From contig NC_058369.1 of the NCBI RefSeq assembly GCF_018350175.1, positions 8,434,001 to 8,494,000 on the forward strand: 60,000 nt of DNA, read 5' to 3'. The stretch's first letter is position 1. Each line of letters starts with the position of its first letter. The translations under genes were made by a program, and so were the position numbers. This document shows, piece after piece, positions 29,601-41,800 of the stretch. The stretch comes from Felis catus (lineage: Eukaryota). The notes under the pieces were generated by a model. That model worked only from the letters and a program-made list of their open reading frames with translations, did not search any database and had not been told where the DNA came from.

Positions 29601-32600
29601 CTGAGGGAAGAACGAGGTGGGTTAACGTGGCCAGAGGGCTCCCAACTCCCGAGTGCTCATCAGCCTCTCCCGTCCTTCTCTAAAGTCACAGATTCTCTCT
29701 TGGAATCTACCACCGAAGATAGGAATTGTGCCCATTTTACAGACGTGGAAATGGAGGCTCAGAAAGGCGAAGTCCCACGTCTGGGAGATGCCCCAGCCAG
29801 GATGTGAAGTGGCTGCCCAGAGCCCGCCCGGCGTGCATGCATGTCCACAGAGTTGCACGTTTGTGCAAAGCTGTGAGCGTGCACACTGACGCGCGCGTGG
29901 GTTGACACGCGCCTGTATGGCAGCGCCCATCTGTGCCTGCCTCTGCCCTCTCTCTGTGGTCGGGGGCGGGGGCCGGGCACCTGAGGCCTGCCGTGGGAGG
30001 CGCCAGCAGCTGGGGCAGGCGCTGGGTGAGCAGGGGCTGCAGAGCCTCCCGCAGGCGACAGTAGTTCCGCTCCAGCTCTCGGTGGTACTCTTTCTGGTCT
30101 GGCCCTATCAGGGCCTTGTTCTTCCGCAGGGCGTCCTCACACCTGAGAGAGAGATGGCAGGAGATGACCCCGGGGAGAAAGCGAGCCTTGGAGGTGGGGG
30201 GCAGTCCGGGGGTGGGGCCAGGAGCTACAGTGGGAGTCTGATAGGCGGAGGGCACTTAGAGAGGCGGGAGCTCCATAATGGGCATCCGGGATACAGAGAG
30301 GCTGTGTGGGGTCAGGAAGGCAGAGCCGTGATGGGGGTGGTGGGGGGCGCGGGGGGCAGGCCTACTTCTTGCAGAAGTCCTTGAAACAGAGCCGCAGCTT
30401 GTTATGATGCCTGAAGAGTTTGGGGTCTTCCGGGATCTCCGCCAAGAACACCTGGGCCACCTCCAGGGGCCCCTGCAGGGGGCAGAGGGGCTCATGAGGG
30501 TGTCTGCACGGCCCCTGGGGTGCTTCGGGCAGCCTGCAGGCCCCACTGGCTGTACCTGGTTCACAGTGGGCCCCACAGAGCCCTGAAGCACCATCTGTAG
30601 CATCTTGGCGTCGGGCGGGTCCTGCTCGGTGGCGAAGGCCAGCTCCCGTGTCTTCTTCTGCATGTCTTCGATGGCCACCTCCACGGGTGTCAGCACTGTC
30701 TGTGGGGGGAGGGGAATGGCAGGCACTGGCTGGGGCCTGAAGAGGTCCTGACCCAAGACGGCCCCGGGCAGCCTGGACCCCTGCTGGGGGCGGAGAGGGG
30801 TTCCCAGAGGCTGTGAAATGAACAGTGTGTGGGGGGACTTCTGCCGGCCTGAATCTGGCAGGGTGGGGGCGGGGGGTCTGGTCTCAGCTGCCTGTGTCTG
30901 GCTTTGAGGACTCGGGGTGGGTGGTGGGCCAGTCTCAGGCTGGCTGGGTCTGGAGGCAGAGGCTGGAGTCTGACTGGTGTCCAGGCATAGGAGTTCAGGG
31001 TCCTCTCACCTCCCCGACCTGGGTCTGGGGGTACTGGGCCTCCCTTGACCTTGGGTCGCGGCACCTGCCCTCCCTGGGGCCCCGCCCACCTCCTCGCGGT
31101 GGCACACGCGGATCCGGGTCTTGATGTAGGGGAAGGCGTGGTCTGTGCTGAGCAGAGTCTTGCGCTTGTGCTGCTCTGGCAGGTCCCCATGCGCGCGCCC
31201 GTCAGGCGTGAAGGGCGTGCAGAACAGGAAGGTGCGCAGCCCGTAGTTGCGGTCGAAGTAAGTCACCCGGTCCTTGAGCTCGTAGGTGTCGAAGTGCGGT
31301 TCCACGTAAGTGATCTGGATGTAAGCCTGGGACGCAGGGCTCAGGAATGAGGCTCCCACAGCCCCAGTACACACACATCCTCCCTGCAGGACCCCATCCC
31401 TGGAGAAAGGGCATTTGGACCTCCTTGGGTCTGGGAGCTTGAAATCTGGGGGGTCCCACATCTCACGTCTCGAGGTTTGAGGCTCTCCCAAGGAAAAGGA
31501 TTTGGGGTCCCCAAGGGAGATACGCTCTGAAGTTTGCCTCCCTGGATATGGGAGACCCTGGGATGGTCAGGAGTCCTCACCTTCTGTGGGTCAAGCTTGG
31601 TCTTGTCCACGGGGTTCGAATCTTTGACAATCTCGACCACGTCCTCCCCAAACCTCTCCGTGTAGAACTCCTGGGGACACGGGGCTGACTTGGGGCCACA
31701 GAGGAGCAGCCCCCACTCCGCCCAGGGCAGCCCAATGCCCGTCTACCCCCTACCGCTGGGACGTGCCTCCAGCCGGTGTGAAATCTCAGCCAGCTTCGTG
31801 ATGGACGGCTCTTTATACACAAACTCCTGCTCGTCCAGGTCGCCGAAGCGGGCACCATAGAAGCCCACACGGAAATACGTCCCGAACACACGCTGTGTCT
31901 GGAAGAAGGGGAGCTGTGGCCAGGAGGCCCCTCTGGAGGTCCCCTTGCCCCACATGCAGAAGAGGTGGGCATGGGCAGGGGGAGCCCATGAACAGGAAGT
32001 CACAGGCACAGTTGGGGGGACCCTGAGAATATTAGGGTATGGTCCCTGACGACTGCCAGCAGCTCACACCCTCTTTGTCCCCGACCTTTATCTCCTGCCT
32101 CCCCTAAATCTTTGTTCTCATTTAACACAAGCCCCTGGTTCCCGATTATCCTCGCCCAAGCACTTCTTCAGAGTCTGGATCTCAATATGAAATTAGGATT
32201 AGGGCTCTGTTGCTAGGGCTCTGTTGAGTACAGCTGTGTCCTCAATGCCTACAGCGCTGGGTATACAGCAGGTGCTTGATAAATGCTTGAGTGGCTGAGG
32301 GGATGCATAGCCCTCTGGGACAGAAGCCCTGGCTCCCTTGTTCCAGGTCACCCCCCCCCCCCAATCCCCACCACCCTCTACCAGAAATACTACCCTCTAC
32401 CAGAAAGAAAGGGCGTAGCTCTGTGTTCACTCACCAAGGCCGATCCGGGCAGGGTGGGGCGGGCACAAGGGTATTGGTAGGGAAGGGAGAGACATTGTCA
32501 TGGGAGAGGTCAGAGGTAAGAGCCCCCAAGCTCCAGGGTCCCAGTCTATGCTGCCCCATGAGTGCCATTCTTTGGGCGGAGACCAGAGATCTGGGACTTG

Positions 32601-35222
32601 CCTGTCCCACCCGGCCCCCACCCAGCCCTCCCATCTTGGCTCTGGGTTCCTGCCTTCTTTGGCCAGAAAATTCTCCCCAAACTAAGAGATGACCTAAAAA
32701 TAGACCCAAGTGGGGGAGAGGCGGGAGAGGGGGAGCACTAAATGGCAATGGGGAGCAGAGATCCTGGGGGAAGCTGGGGAGACAGAGACAAGACGGATTC
32801 GAAGAGACTGACAGAGAGTGTTGAGCAAGACAGGGAGAGAGAGACAGGGAAAGGGACCAAGAGACAGAGACAAAGAAATACAGAGACAGACAAGGAGGGA
32901 GTCAGAGCACCCCCCCTTACAGGCAGTGACCAAGCTGGCCCTGCCCGAGGGAGGGGTGTCTCTGGAGAGGTCCCAGCTGGGTGAGTCACAGGCTGCCCTC
33001 GGGATCTAGGGCAGGGAGGGGGACCTGAGGGACGGAAAGGGGGGGCGGGGGGAAGGGGGGAAGAAGTGGAGGGTGCGTCATCACCTACTGAGCACCAGCC
33101 CCTGCGGCCAGGCGGCCATGTTCCTCCAGCACCCCCTGGTGGTCCCTGACCACTGCTGACCAGCCATCGTGGGGGCCCCAGAGGCAGGTGGCCACTGGGC
33201 GGACTCACCTCCCAGCCAGAGCTCTGTCGGAGAGAGAAGGGTCAGAGTCAGCTGAGCCGTGGTGGGGGTGGGAGCTGGGGCCAAGGGCAGGGTCTGGGAG
33301 GGCATCCCGACCCACCTGGTGCATGATCTTGGTGAAGGCCTCCTGCAGTTTGCCGTGCACGGCAGCCAGCTTCTTGTAGTCTCGGTGGGCTTCCAGGATG
33401 GGGATGAGGGTCTTGTAGACCTCGTTCACTGCCTCATAGAGCCCGCCCTAGGGGGTGGGGCACATCAGGATTCCCAGCACCCTCCCTAGTTTTCTCTCCC
33501 GGCCTGGAAAAGCCCACCCGCTGTGCTACTACCGGTCCTCCAGGGCTCCGTCTTTTATCACCTCCTCCAGGGAGGCTACCCTGACCACCCCACCCCAGAT
33601 GGGACACCAGTCTTTCCACTTGGCCCCCATAGACCCCTCCGTGCTCTCTACCATGCTTATGATAGACCAGGTGCTGTATACATCTGCACTTTACCCATGT
33701 TCCTTCACTGGGGGGAGGTGACTTTTTTTTTTTTTTAATTTCACAGAGAGAAAACGAAAACTCAGAGACACAACTCCCCAGGGCCAGGACCTGAACACCA
33801 GCCCTTCTGGCCTAGTACCCAAGACCTCCACCCCCAGCTGCATCTTGGCATGTGGTCACCACTGCTCCCGAAGGGCCCCTCACCCACAGCCGGTGCCACC
33901 ATGAAGCTAGCAGAAACCCTGGGAAGTTTCCTGACCAACTGTGAGAGGTCTGCGTGTACCGTCTGGTTTATTCCCCTGAGGCTTTTGTTTGAGCCTTTAA
34001 CAAAATGACAATAGTGAAAACCCCACTAGGGGTCTGGCAGCCCAGAAAATAAATCTCACCGGAAAAACCTGACTCCGAATCTGAGCGGGACTCCAGACCT
34101 CATCACCAGTTCCCAGAAACGTGGGGACAGAGGAACAAGTAAAGCAACACCATGGGGACACAGCCGGCCTTGTTCAGGCCAGAAAACCCCTTGGAACAGG
34201 GGTGCGTGGGTGGTTCAGTCGGTTGAGCGTCCGACCTCAGCTCAGGTCATGATCTCACGGTTGGTGAGTTCAAGCCCCGCTTTGGACTCTGTTGACAGCT
34301 TGGAGCCTGGAGCCTGTTTCGGATTCTGTGTCTCCCTCTGTCTCTGCCTCTCCCAAATTCACACTCTGTCTGTCCCTCTCTCAATAATAAATAAACATTA
34401 AAAAAAAATTTTAAAAATTTAGGGGCGCCTGGGTGGCGCAGTCGGTTGAGCGTCCGACATCAGCCAGGTCACGATCTCGCGGTCCGTGAGTTCGAGCCCC
34501 GCGTCAGGCTCTGGGCTGATGGCTCGGAGCCTGGAGCCTGTTTCCGATTCTGTATCTCCCTCTCTCTCTGCCCCTCCCCCGTTCATGCTCTGTCTCTCTC
34601 TGTCCCAAAAATAAATAAAAAACGTTGAAAAAAAAATTTAAAAAAAAAAATAAAAAAAATTTAAAAGAAAGAAAATTCCTTGAAACAAAGCCCACATCTC
34701 CAACAAATGAAATGCAGGAAAAAGAAACAATTGCTTTCATGCAAGCAAGCAAGCTGGGAGAAAACCTTTTTCCAACAGCGGGAAATACAATGCCTGAACC
34801 TCAACCTATCAAAGAAAGCATTAAAAACCCTCACTGTAAAAACTGGGGAACTGATGCCGTTTTTTGTTTTTGTTTTCTTTCTTTGATTCAAAGAGCCTTA
34901 AGAGACTTGTCAGTCACAGCCATCGTGGATCTTATAAATGGATCGTGATTCGAACAAACCAAGTGCAAAAAAAAAAAATTGTCATGAGATCCTCAGGAAC
35001 ATCCAAGCATGGACTGGTATTCCTGTTAATGGGGCACCTGGGTGGTTCAGTTGGTTAAGCGTCTGACCGGCTCAGGTCATGATCTCATGGTTTGTGAGTT
35101 CGAGCCCTGCATCAGGCTCCGTGCTGACAGCTCAGAGCCTGGAGCCTGCTTTGAATTCTGTGTCTCCCTCTCTCTGCCCCTCCAGCACTCACACTCTGTC
35201 TCTCTCTTTCAAAAATAAACGT

Positions 35223-35253
<31 letters not shown>

Positions 35254-35808
35254 AAACAAATAAATAAATAAATAAAACGTTAAAAAATTTTTTGGAAAAA
35301 AAAGAAAGAATCCCCATTAATCTGGTCATGCACAACGTGAGTTGTATACCAGGGTTTCATCAACGAGTCTGCACAGGGAGGTACTTGTGTGTGTGATGGT
35401 GTGATGGGGAGGGTTTGTTTAAAGCTGGAACTTCTCCAACTCCAACACACACAGAATCTCTGAGATCTTGTGAGAATGTAGGGTTCAGAGGGTTTGGGGG
35501 ACCCAGGACTCTGCATTTATAACAAGCCCCCAGGTGATACCCATGCTGCTGGTCCTTGGACTACACTAAGGTTTAAAAACAAGAAAAACAAACAAACAAA
35601 AAAAACTAGCTGAGTAGTTGTGTGGGTTTCATCAAGCAATTTGTGAAAATTCAGATCTTGGGGCGCCTGGGTGGCTCAGTTGGTTAAGCGTCTGACTGTG
35701 GCTCAGGTCATGATCTCGCAGTCTGTGAGTTCGAGCCCTGCATCCGGTTCTGTGCTGATGGCTCGGAGCCTGGAGCCCGCTTTGGATTCAGTGTCTCCGT
35801 CTCTCTCT

Positions 35809-35845
<37 letters not shown>

Positions 35846-38800
35846 CCTCCCTTGTTTGCGATCTCTCTCTCTCTCAAAAATAAACATTAAGAAAAAAACC
35901 AAAAAACAAAACCAAAAAAAACCCCAAAATACTCCATCAAAACCAAAAAAACAAAACAAAAACACTAGAGGCAAAGAGAAGATGAAACAAGAGAGTAAAT
36001 GCTGGTGGTTGTTGGATTTGAGTGCTGGGTATGGGGGCGATGGTCCAATTTTTTCCTTTTAGGCGTGCTTGAAATTTTCTATAATAAAAAAAAAATTTAA
36101 TAGCGGCTGAATGTATCGAAGGCTTACTACGTCCAGGCCTCGTGTCAAGGGTTTTACAGGGAGAGTGGCAGGTAACGTGAGCTGGTGAAGGTCCCGGTTG
36201 TCCTCTGCAAATCCCCTGCCCAGAAAGGGACCAGGCAGCAGCTCCGCCGTGAGTCTCCGGGAGCAGGCGCTGGGCCCTTCAGCGGATCTGATGGCGCCAC
36301 CCTGGCCCGGGCCCCAGGTCCCGCGGCCGGCCGCAGGCCTCACCATGGTGAAGTAGGCTGCCGCCTGCTCCAGCAGTCCCACCAGCCCCAGCTCTGTGAA
36401 GTGCTTCCCGGAACAGAAGCCCTCCTCGTCAGGTGACAGGATGTCGTCGGAGATGGCCGATTCCTCTAGCACGTTGGAGGAGATGTTCTGTGGCGGGAGG
36501 CGGCGTTAGGCCCCGGCCCCACCCCGCGGGTGCCACCGCCCCCCACCGCCAACCTGTCACCCGGGCAGCTCACCTGGAACGAGACGCAGCCCACGGGCAG
36601 GTAGCGGCTGTCCTCCAGCAGGGCGAGGTACTCGGCCACCAGGGCGGCCGCGTGCACCATGCACTGGGCGGCCTCCGCGTGGTTGCCCAGCTCTGCATGT
36701 TTCCCTGCCATGTTCTGCAACCACGTGAGCCGCAGGTCGGGGGAGCCCTGGTAGCCGCGGGCAATCCTGGCATGCATGGGGGGGGCAGGCAGGGGTGAGG
36801 AGGTGGCGCACTCGCCCTGTCCCCACTGCCTATCCCTCACTTGTCCACCCCCTTTGCTTGTTACCCCAGCCATCTGCGCCTCTCACCAGCCAGGCTCCTC
36901 GGCCAGACCCCCATTTACGTGGGGCCTCCTCACCTATTGATCTGCTCATCTCTTTTCTCACGTGTCCTTCCACTTGTCTCCCACTGACCAGCCAATGGCC
37001 TCACCTGCTTAATCTTTTTTAAAGATATATTTTTTTCAACGTTTATTTATTTTTGGGACAGAGAGAAACAGAGTATGAACGGGCGAGGGGCAGACAGAGA
37101 GGGAGACACAGAATCGGAAACAGGCTCCAGGCTCTGAGCCATCAGCCCAGAGCCCGACGCGGGGCTCGAACTCCCGGACCGTGAGGTCGTGACCTGGCTG
37201 AAGTCGGAGGCTTAACCGACTGCGCCACCCAGGCGCCCCTCACCTGCTTAATCTTAAGCCACGCCCTGCTCCCCCACTCCCCTTGCTCGAGAACCATGTC
37301 ACTGTCCTCCAGGCCCGTCCATCCCGTCTGCACCCTGCCTTCCGTCTCCATCACCTGTTTCCCGTCTCCTACTCCCCAATTTCTTTTTATTTGGTTCAAA
37401 AATGTTTAACATTTATTCATTTTTGAGAGACAGAGAGAGACATAGTGCCAGCGGGGGAGGGGCAGAGAGAGAGGGAGACACGGGATCTGAAGCAGGCTCC
37501 AGGCTCTGAGCCGTCAGCACAGAGCCCGATGCGGGGCTTGAACCCATGAACCATGAGATCATGACCTGAGCCGAAGTCAGACGCTTAACCGACTGAGCCA
37601 CCCAGGCGCCCCAAGAGATTCTTTTTTTTTTTTTTTAATTTTTTTTTAATGTTTATTTATTTATTTTGGAGAGAGAGAGAAAGAGAGAGCACAAGCTGGA
37701 GGAGGAACAGAAAGAGAGGGAGACACAGAATCCAAAGCAGGCTCCAGGCTCTGAGCCGTCAGCACAGAGCCTGACGCGGGGCTTGAACCCACGAACCATG
37801 AGATCATGACCTGAGCCGAAGTCAGACGCTTAACTGACTGAGCCCCCCGGGCGCCCCACCCACTCCCCAATTTCTAGCCAAATCCCTCACCTCTCCTCCA
37901 AATCACTTCTTTCCTGACCCATCGTCACCGGTTGGTACCTCACCTGTCCCTCCCACCTGTCCCCTTCACTTGTCCTTATTCTCATCTGTCGCCGTCCAGT
38001 GTGTGTTCACCTGGCACCCTTTTCCCCATTCACTTACCTGGCCTCCCCTTACCTGTCTGCTCACCCGTCGCTGTCACCATCTACTCCCCCATCACCTGTC
38101 TGTGCGGGAGAATGGCCGCAGGTCCCGCCTGGCCCGCCTCACCTGTACATGAGATCGATGAGCATCTCCGGGTCCTCCTGATGCTCCTTCATCTTCACCG
38201 TGTCCGTCAGGATCATGTGCAGGTTGAACATCAGGTCCTGGACCTGGAGCCGGGGAATGGCCAGGGGCCAGTGAGGGCGTGGAGAAGCCACCAAGCGTGC
38301 GGAGCAAGCAGGCAGGGCGAAGCACAGGCTGAGGAGGGCGTGGCGGGGGCGTGGCGGGGGCGGGGTCACCTGCTCCGCGAAGGTGCTGTCGCGCAGCCCC
38401 ACGTCCTCCTCCGCATAGGTGAGGATGGTCTTCAGTGACCGTCTCAGGTGCTCTTCACTGAAGCTCTGTGTCGTCCCCACCAGGGACGAGAGCGACATGG
38501 TCACTTGCATCTTCACGCGGGCAAAGTTCTGAGAGGAGCCCGGGAGGAAGAGCTGTGAGACCTCGGACTCTGATCCCCAGGGCCTTATTGACCTGCCCGC
38601 GCCACCCGTCCCCCCTCCTGCCCTCCATCTGCTGCACTGACACCTCCTACCTGCCCCTCCTACTTACGTTGCCGATCTCGAAATTCTGGCGCATGAGGAG
38701 GTAGAGTGAGGCGCTGGCGTGCGTGCGGATGGTGCTGATGCGGCTGCCGCAGTGTCGCAGGAGCCTCAAGCAGAGATCGGCACACAGCTCTGTGTCCTCC

Positions 38801-41800
38801 TCGAACAGCAGCTCTGGGAACTGTCCCCCAGGGCGAGACAGATACTAGTCGGCCCCTCCCCATTCTGGCACGGAAGGTCCCGGATGGGGGTGGTGGCAGG
38901 GGCATCTGTGTTCTGCCCGCTATGGCCAAGCACAGTGGGCTTTGGAATCAGACCTGGGGGGATGCCCTTGCTGTGTGACTCTGGGTGAATGACTCTGCCA
39001 CTCTGATCCTCAGTTCCCTCCTCTGCAAACCATGGCTAAGGAGGGTCTGTCCCATGGGGTTGCTGAGCACATGGCAGGTGCTCAACGGGCGGTGACTATT
39101 ACTCTGATAACCGTGACCATCGAATGGGGCTTACCTTGGACACCAGGGCTCGCTGTGTGGCCAGGCCATGCTGCAGGAAGAGGGCACTCTGGGCACTGCC
39201 CAGACTGTAGAGCACAACTTTAAGCACTGCGCCTAAGACGCTCTCCCGGGCCTCTGACAGCATGACCGTCTAGGGGGTCAGAAATCCAGCTGTTAGGGAC
39301 TGAGCGGCTTACGGGCTCAGGGAGAGAGGGATCGTATGGCCAGAGATCACGAGGCACGGTGATGGGGTCGGAGGTCAGGGAGACGCTGGCTCAAGCCCTA
39401 CCTGCACGATGATCTCCAGTGTGTCCAGAACCACCAGGCTTGCCTCGGTCGCCAGGTTCCCGTCCACCAAGGCCTCGTGTTCCATTTCATCCTTGGTCCT
39501 GGAGGGGACGGGAGGGGGTTGGGGGCTGAGGTCCAGGGACACCGGTTTTTCTGGAAGCCGGTCTGACCCCAGCAAACTACTTCCTGCCCACACCCACTTG
39601 TCCACACGGTCTGAGGTCTGTCTCCAGTGTGTGATGCTCTTCCGCCAGCGGACGTTCTCCTGGTTCCCAAAGGGACTCCTCTCTGAGACACGCAAGGCGC
39701 ATGTTCACGGATGTGCGAAAACACAAAGACGTGACCGTGAGGAGACGCGCTCAGGCATTAAGATACACGTGTGGGATAACCCGTGAGGACACTGGGTGAC
39801 ACGTAAGCATGAGAAGGGAACACATAGTTAAACATGAAGGACATGTGAGAACAGACAGGGAACACAGACACCCGTGTGCACAGGGATGATGCACACGCTT
39901 TTTCCTGGGAAAAATGAGACAGACATGGAGGTAGGGATGCCCCCCTCCTGGGGTCCCTCAGACAAAGGCTGGGAGCAGCTGGTGGGGACGTGCACAGGAC
40001 ACATTTCCCCCTCACCACGACTCCGCCGGACCATCTCCTGTCGTGCTCCAATAGTGCCCAAGATGGCTTCCTCCAGACGAGCCTTCATGTCCAGTGACTT
40101 CTTGAACGTGAGACTGTTGATGCGCTCAAAGGCCTTTTTCCCCTGTGAAGACAGAGAACGGGTTCAAGGTTGATCTGCCCTTTTCTGTGGGACCTGGGCT
40201 ACTTGGTCCCACTCATTCATCCTTTCTGACCTCCAGGATCCTGTGCTTGGAGACACAGTTCTCCCCTTTACTGAAAGGTCTTGGCACCTTCCAGAGTCTA
40301 TTCACAAAGGCAATTCTCCCTTTTCTCTTTGGCTCAGCACAGAAACAGTCCACCCCTTTACCCTCAAACCTGCAGGAAGCTGTGCATGAAGACAGTCTAC
40401 CCCTTCGCTCCTGCCCGCAGCACCCCAGGGACCTGTACACACACTCAGCCTGCCTCATACAGACCGTCCCCCACCCCCCGGCCCACCCCCACCCCCACAC
40501 CTTGTACTCAAAGGCAGCGAGGCAAAGGTACAGCAAGTCCAAGAGACGACCCAGCTGAGGGAGGGCAAGGTCAGCAGCCCAGCGCTGCAGGAGGGCTGGC
40601 TCAGCATTCTTCAGGACCCACAGCACACACACCAGTAAGGTCCGGCTGGACTCAGCAGAGAGGGGGCAGCCTGAGCGAGAAGCCTGGGGCCAAATAGGGG
40701 AGAAGGTGTTCAGAAGGGGCGGAGTTGATTTTCATTTCCTCCAAATTAAGATGAGAACTGGCCTGTCAGTATATCATTACATAACTTCTATTACCAGGTT
40801 GGAGGGTGTCTCTGGGGACCAGTGCCATACTCACTGCCACTGGGCCCTGGGAGATGCTAGCCCGGGAGCCAGGGGCTAGGGGGCCACCAGCGATGGCCAT
40901 GGCCACTGAGGGGTTGATGGTGCCTCCGACGTCCCCTTCCCCTTCTGTGTCTGAGTCGAGCATCGAGGCCAGTCTTGACCGTTGACCTGGGCCCTCTGCG
41001 GGGAGGGGCAGGAGGACAGAAGAAAGAACCCTTGGTAAGTACCGTCTCTGTCTCATATTCTCGCTCAAAGTTCACCTCCTCAGGGAAGCCTTCCCTGATA
41101 CGACTCCCCCAGACCAGGCTGAGGTCCCCCGTCATCTATTCTCAGAGCTCACTTTTTATGCTTGTCGTTAGACACGTTTCTCACGCAACTGTTCGTAGGA
41201 TCCACAAAGGCCTGAACTCCACCTGCTTTGGCTGCTCCTACATGCTCAACACTTAGAATGTGGCCTGGCCCTCAGGCATAGTAAACGTTGACTACGAGGA
41301 GGATGATGATGATGGCAACAATGGCGGTAATAATAATAATAACAATAATAAATGCCACCACTATTACCACAGCATCAACTGGCACTTACAAAGAGTCTCC
41401 AGATGCTACCGTGGGCACTTTGAAAATATTAACTCTTAATCTTCAAAACAACCCTGCAACACAAATACTCTTATCACCCCCACTTTATGGATGAGGAAAC
41501 TGAGGCACAGAGCGATTGTGTCACTTGCCTGGGGTCACGCAGCAAGGTAAATTAGGATCTTAAGCTAAATAGTCTGGTTCCAAACTCTATGATCTTCGAA
41601 GAGTAGCCCTCATATCCCCCCTCAAAAAAAGTTTCATCAGAGAGACAGGAGCTGCCGACAAATACAGAACTGGTCTCGCCCCAGAGAGTCTTAGAACATT
41701 AACTGAGCTTAACTAACACTCCAGCCCAGCTTAACCTAGCTCGGTTCCTGACCAGATTGAGGTGATCAGCCCATTATCCCATCTGCCTAAGAGAGGGAGA

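Noticed and set aside
32435..33005. Extra cryptic exons in DOCK6 intron 41 (donors at 32435 and 32921)
   Set aside because: The candidate lengths (85, 247 and 259 nt) are not multiples of 3 and show no DOCK-like peptide
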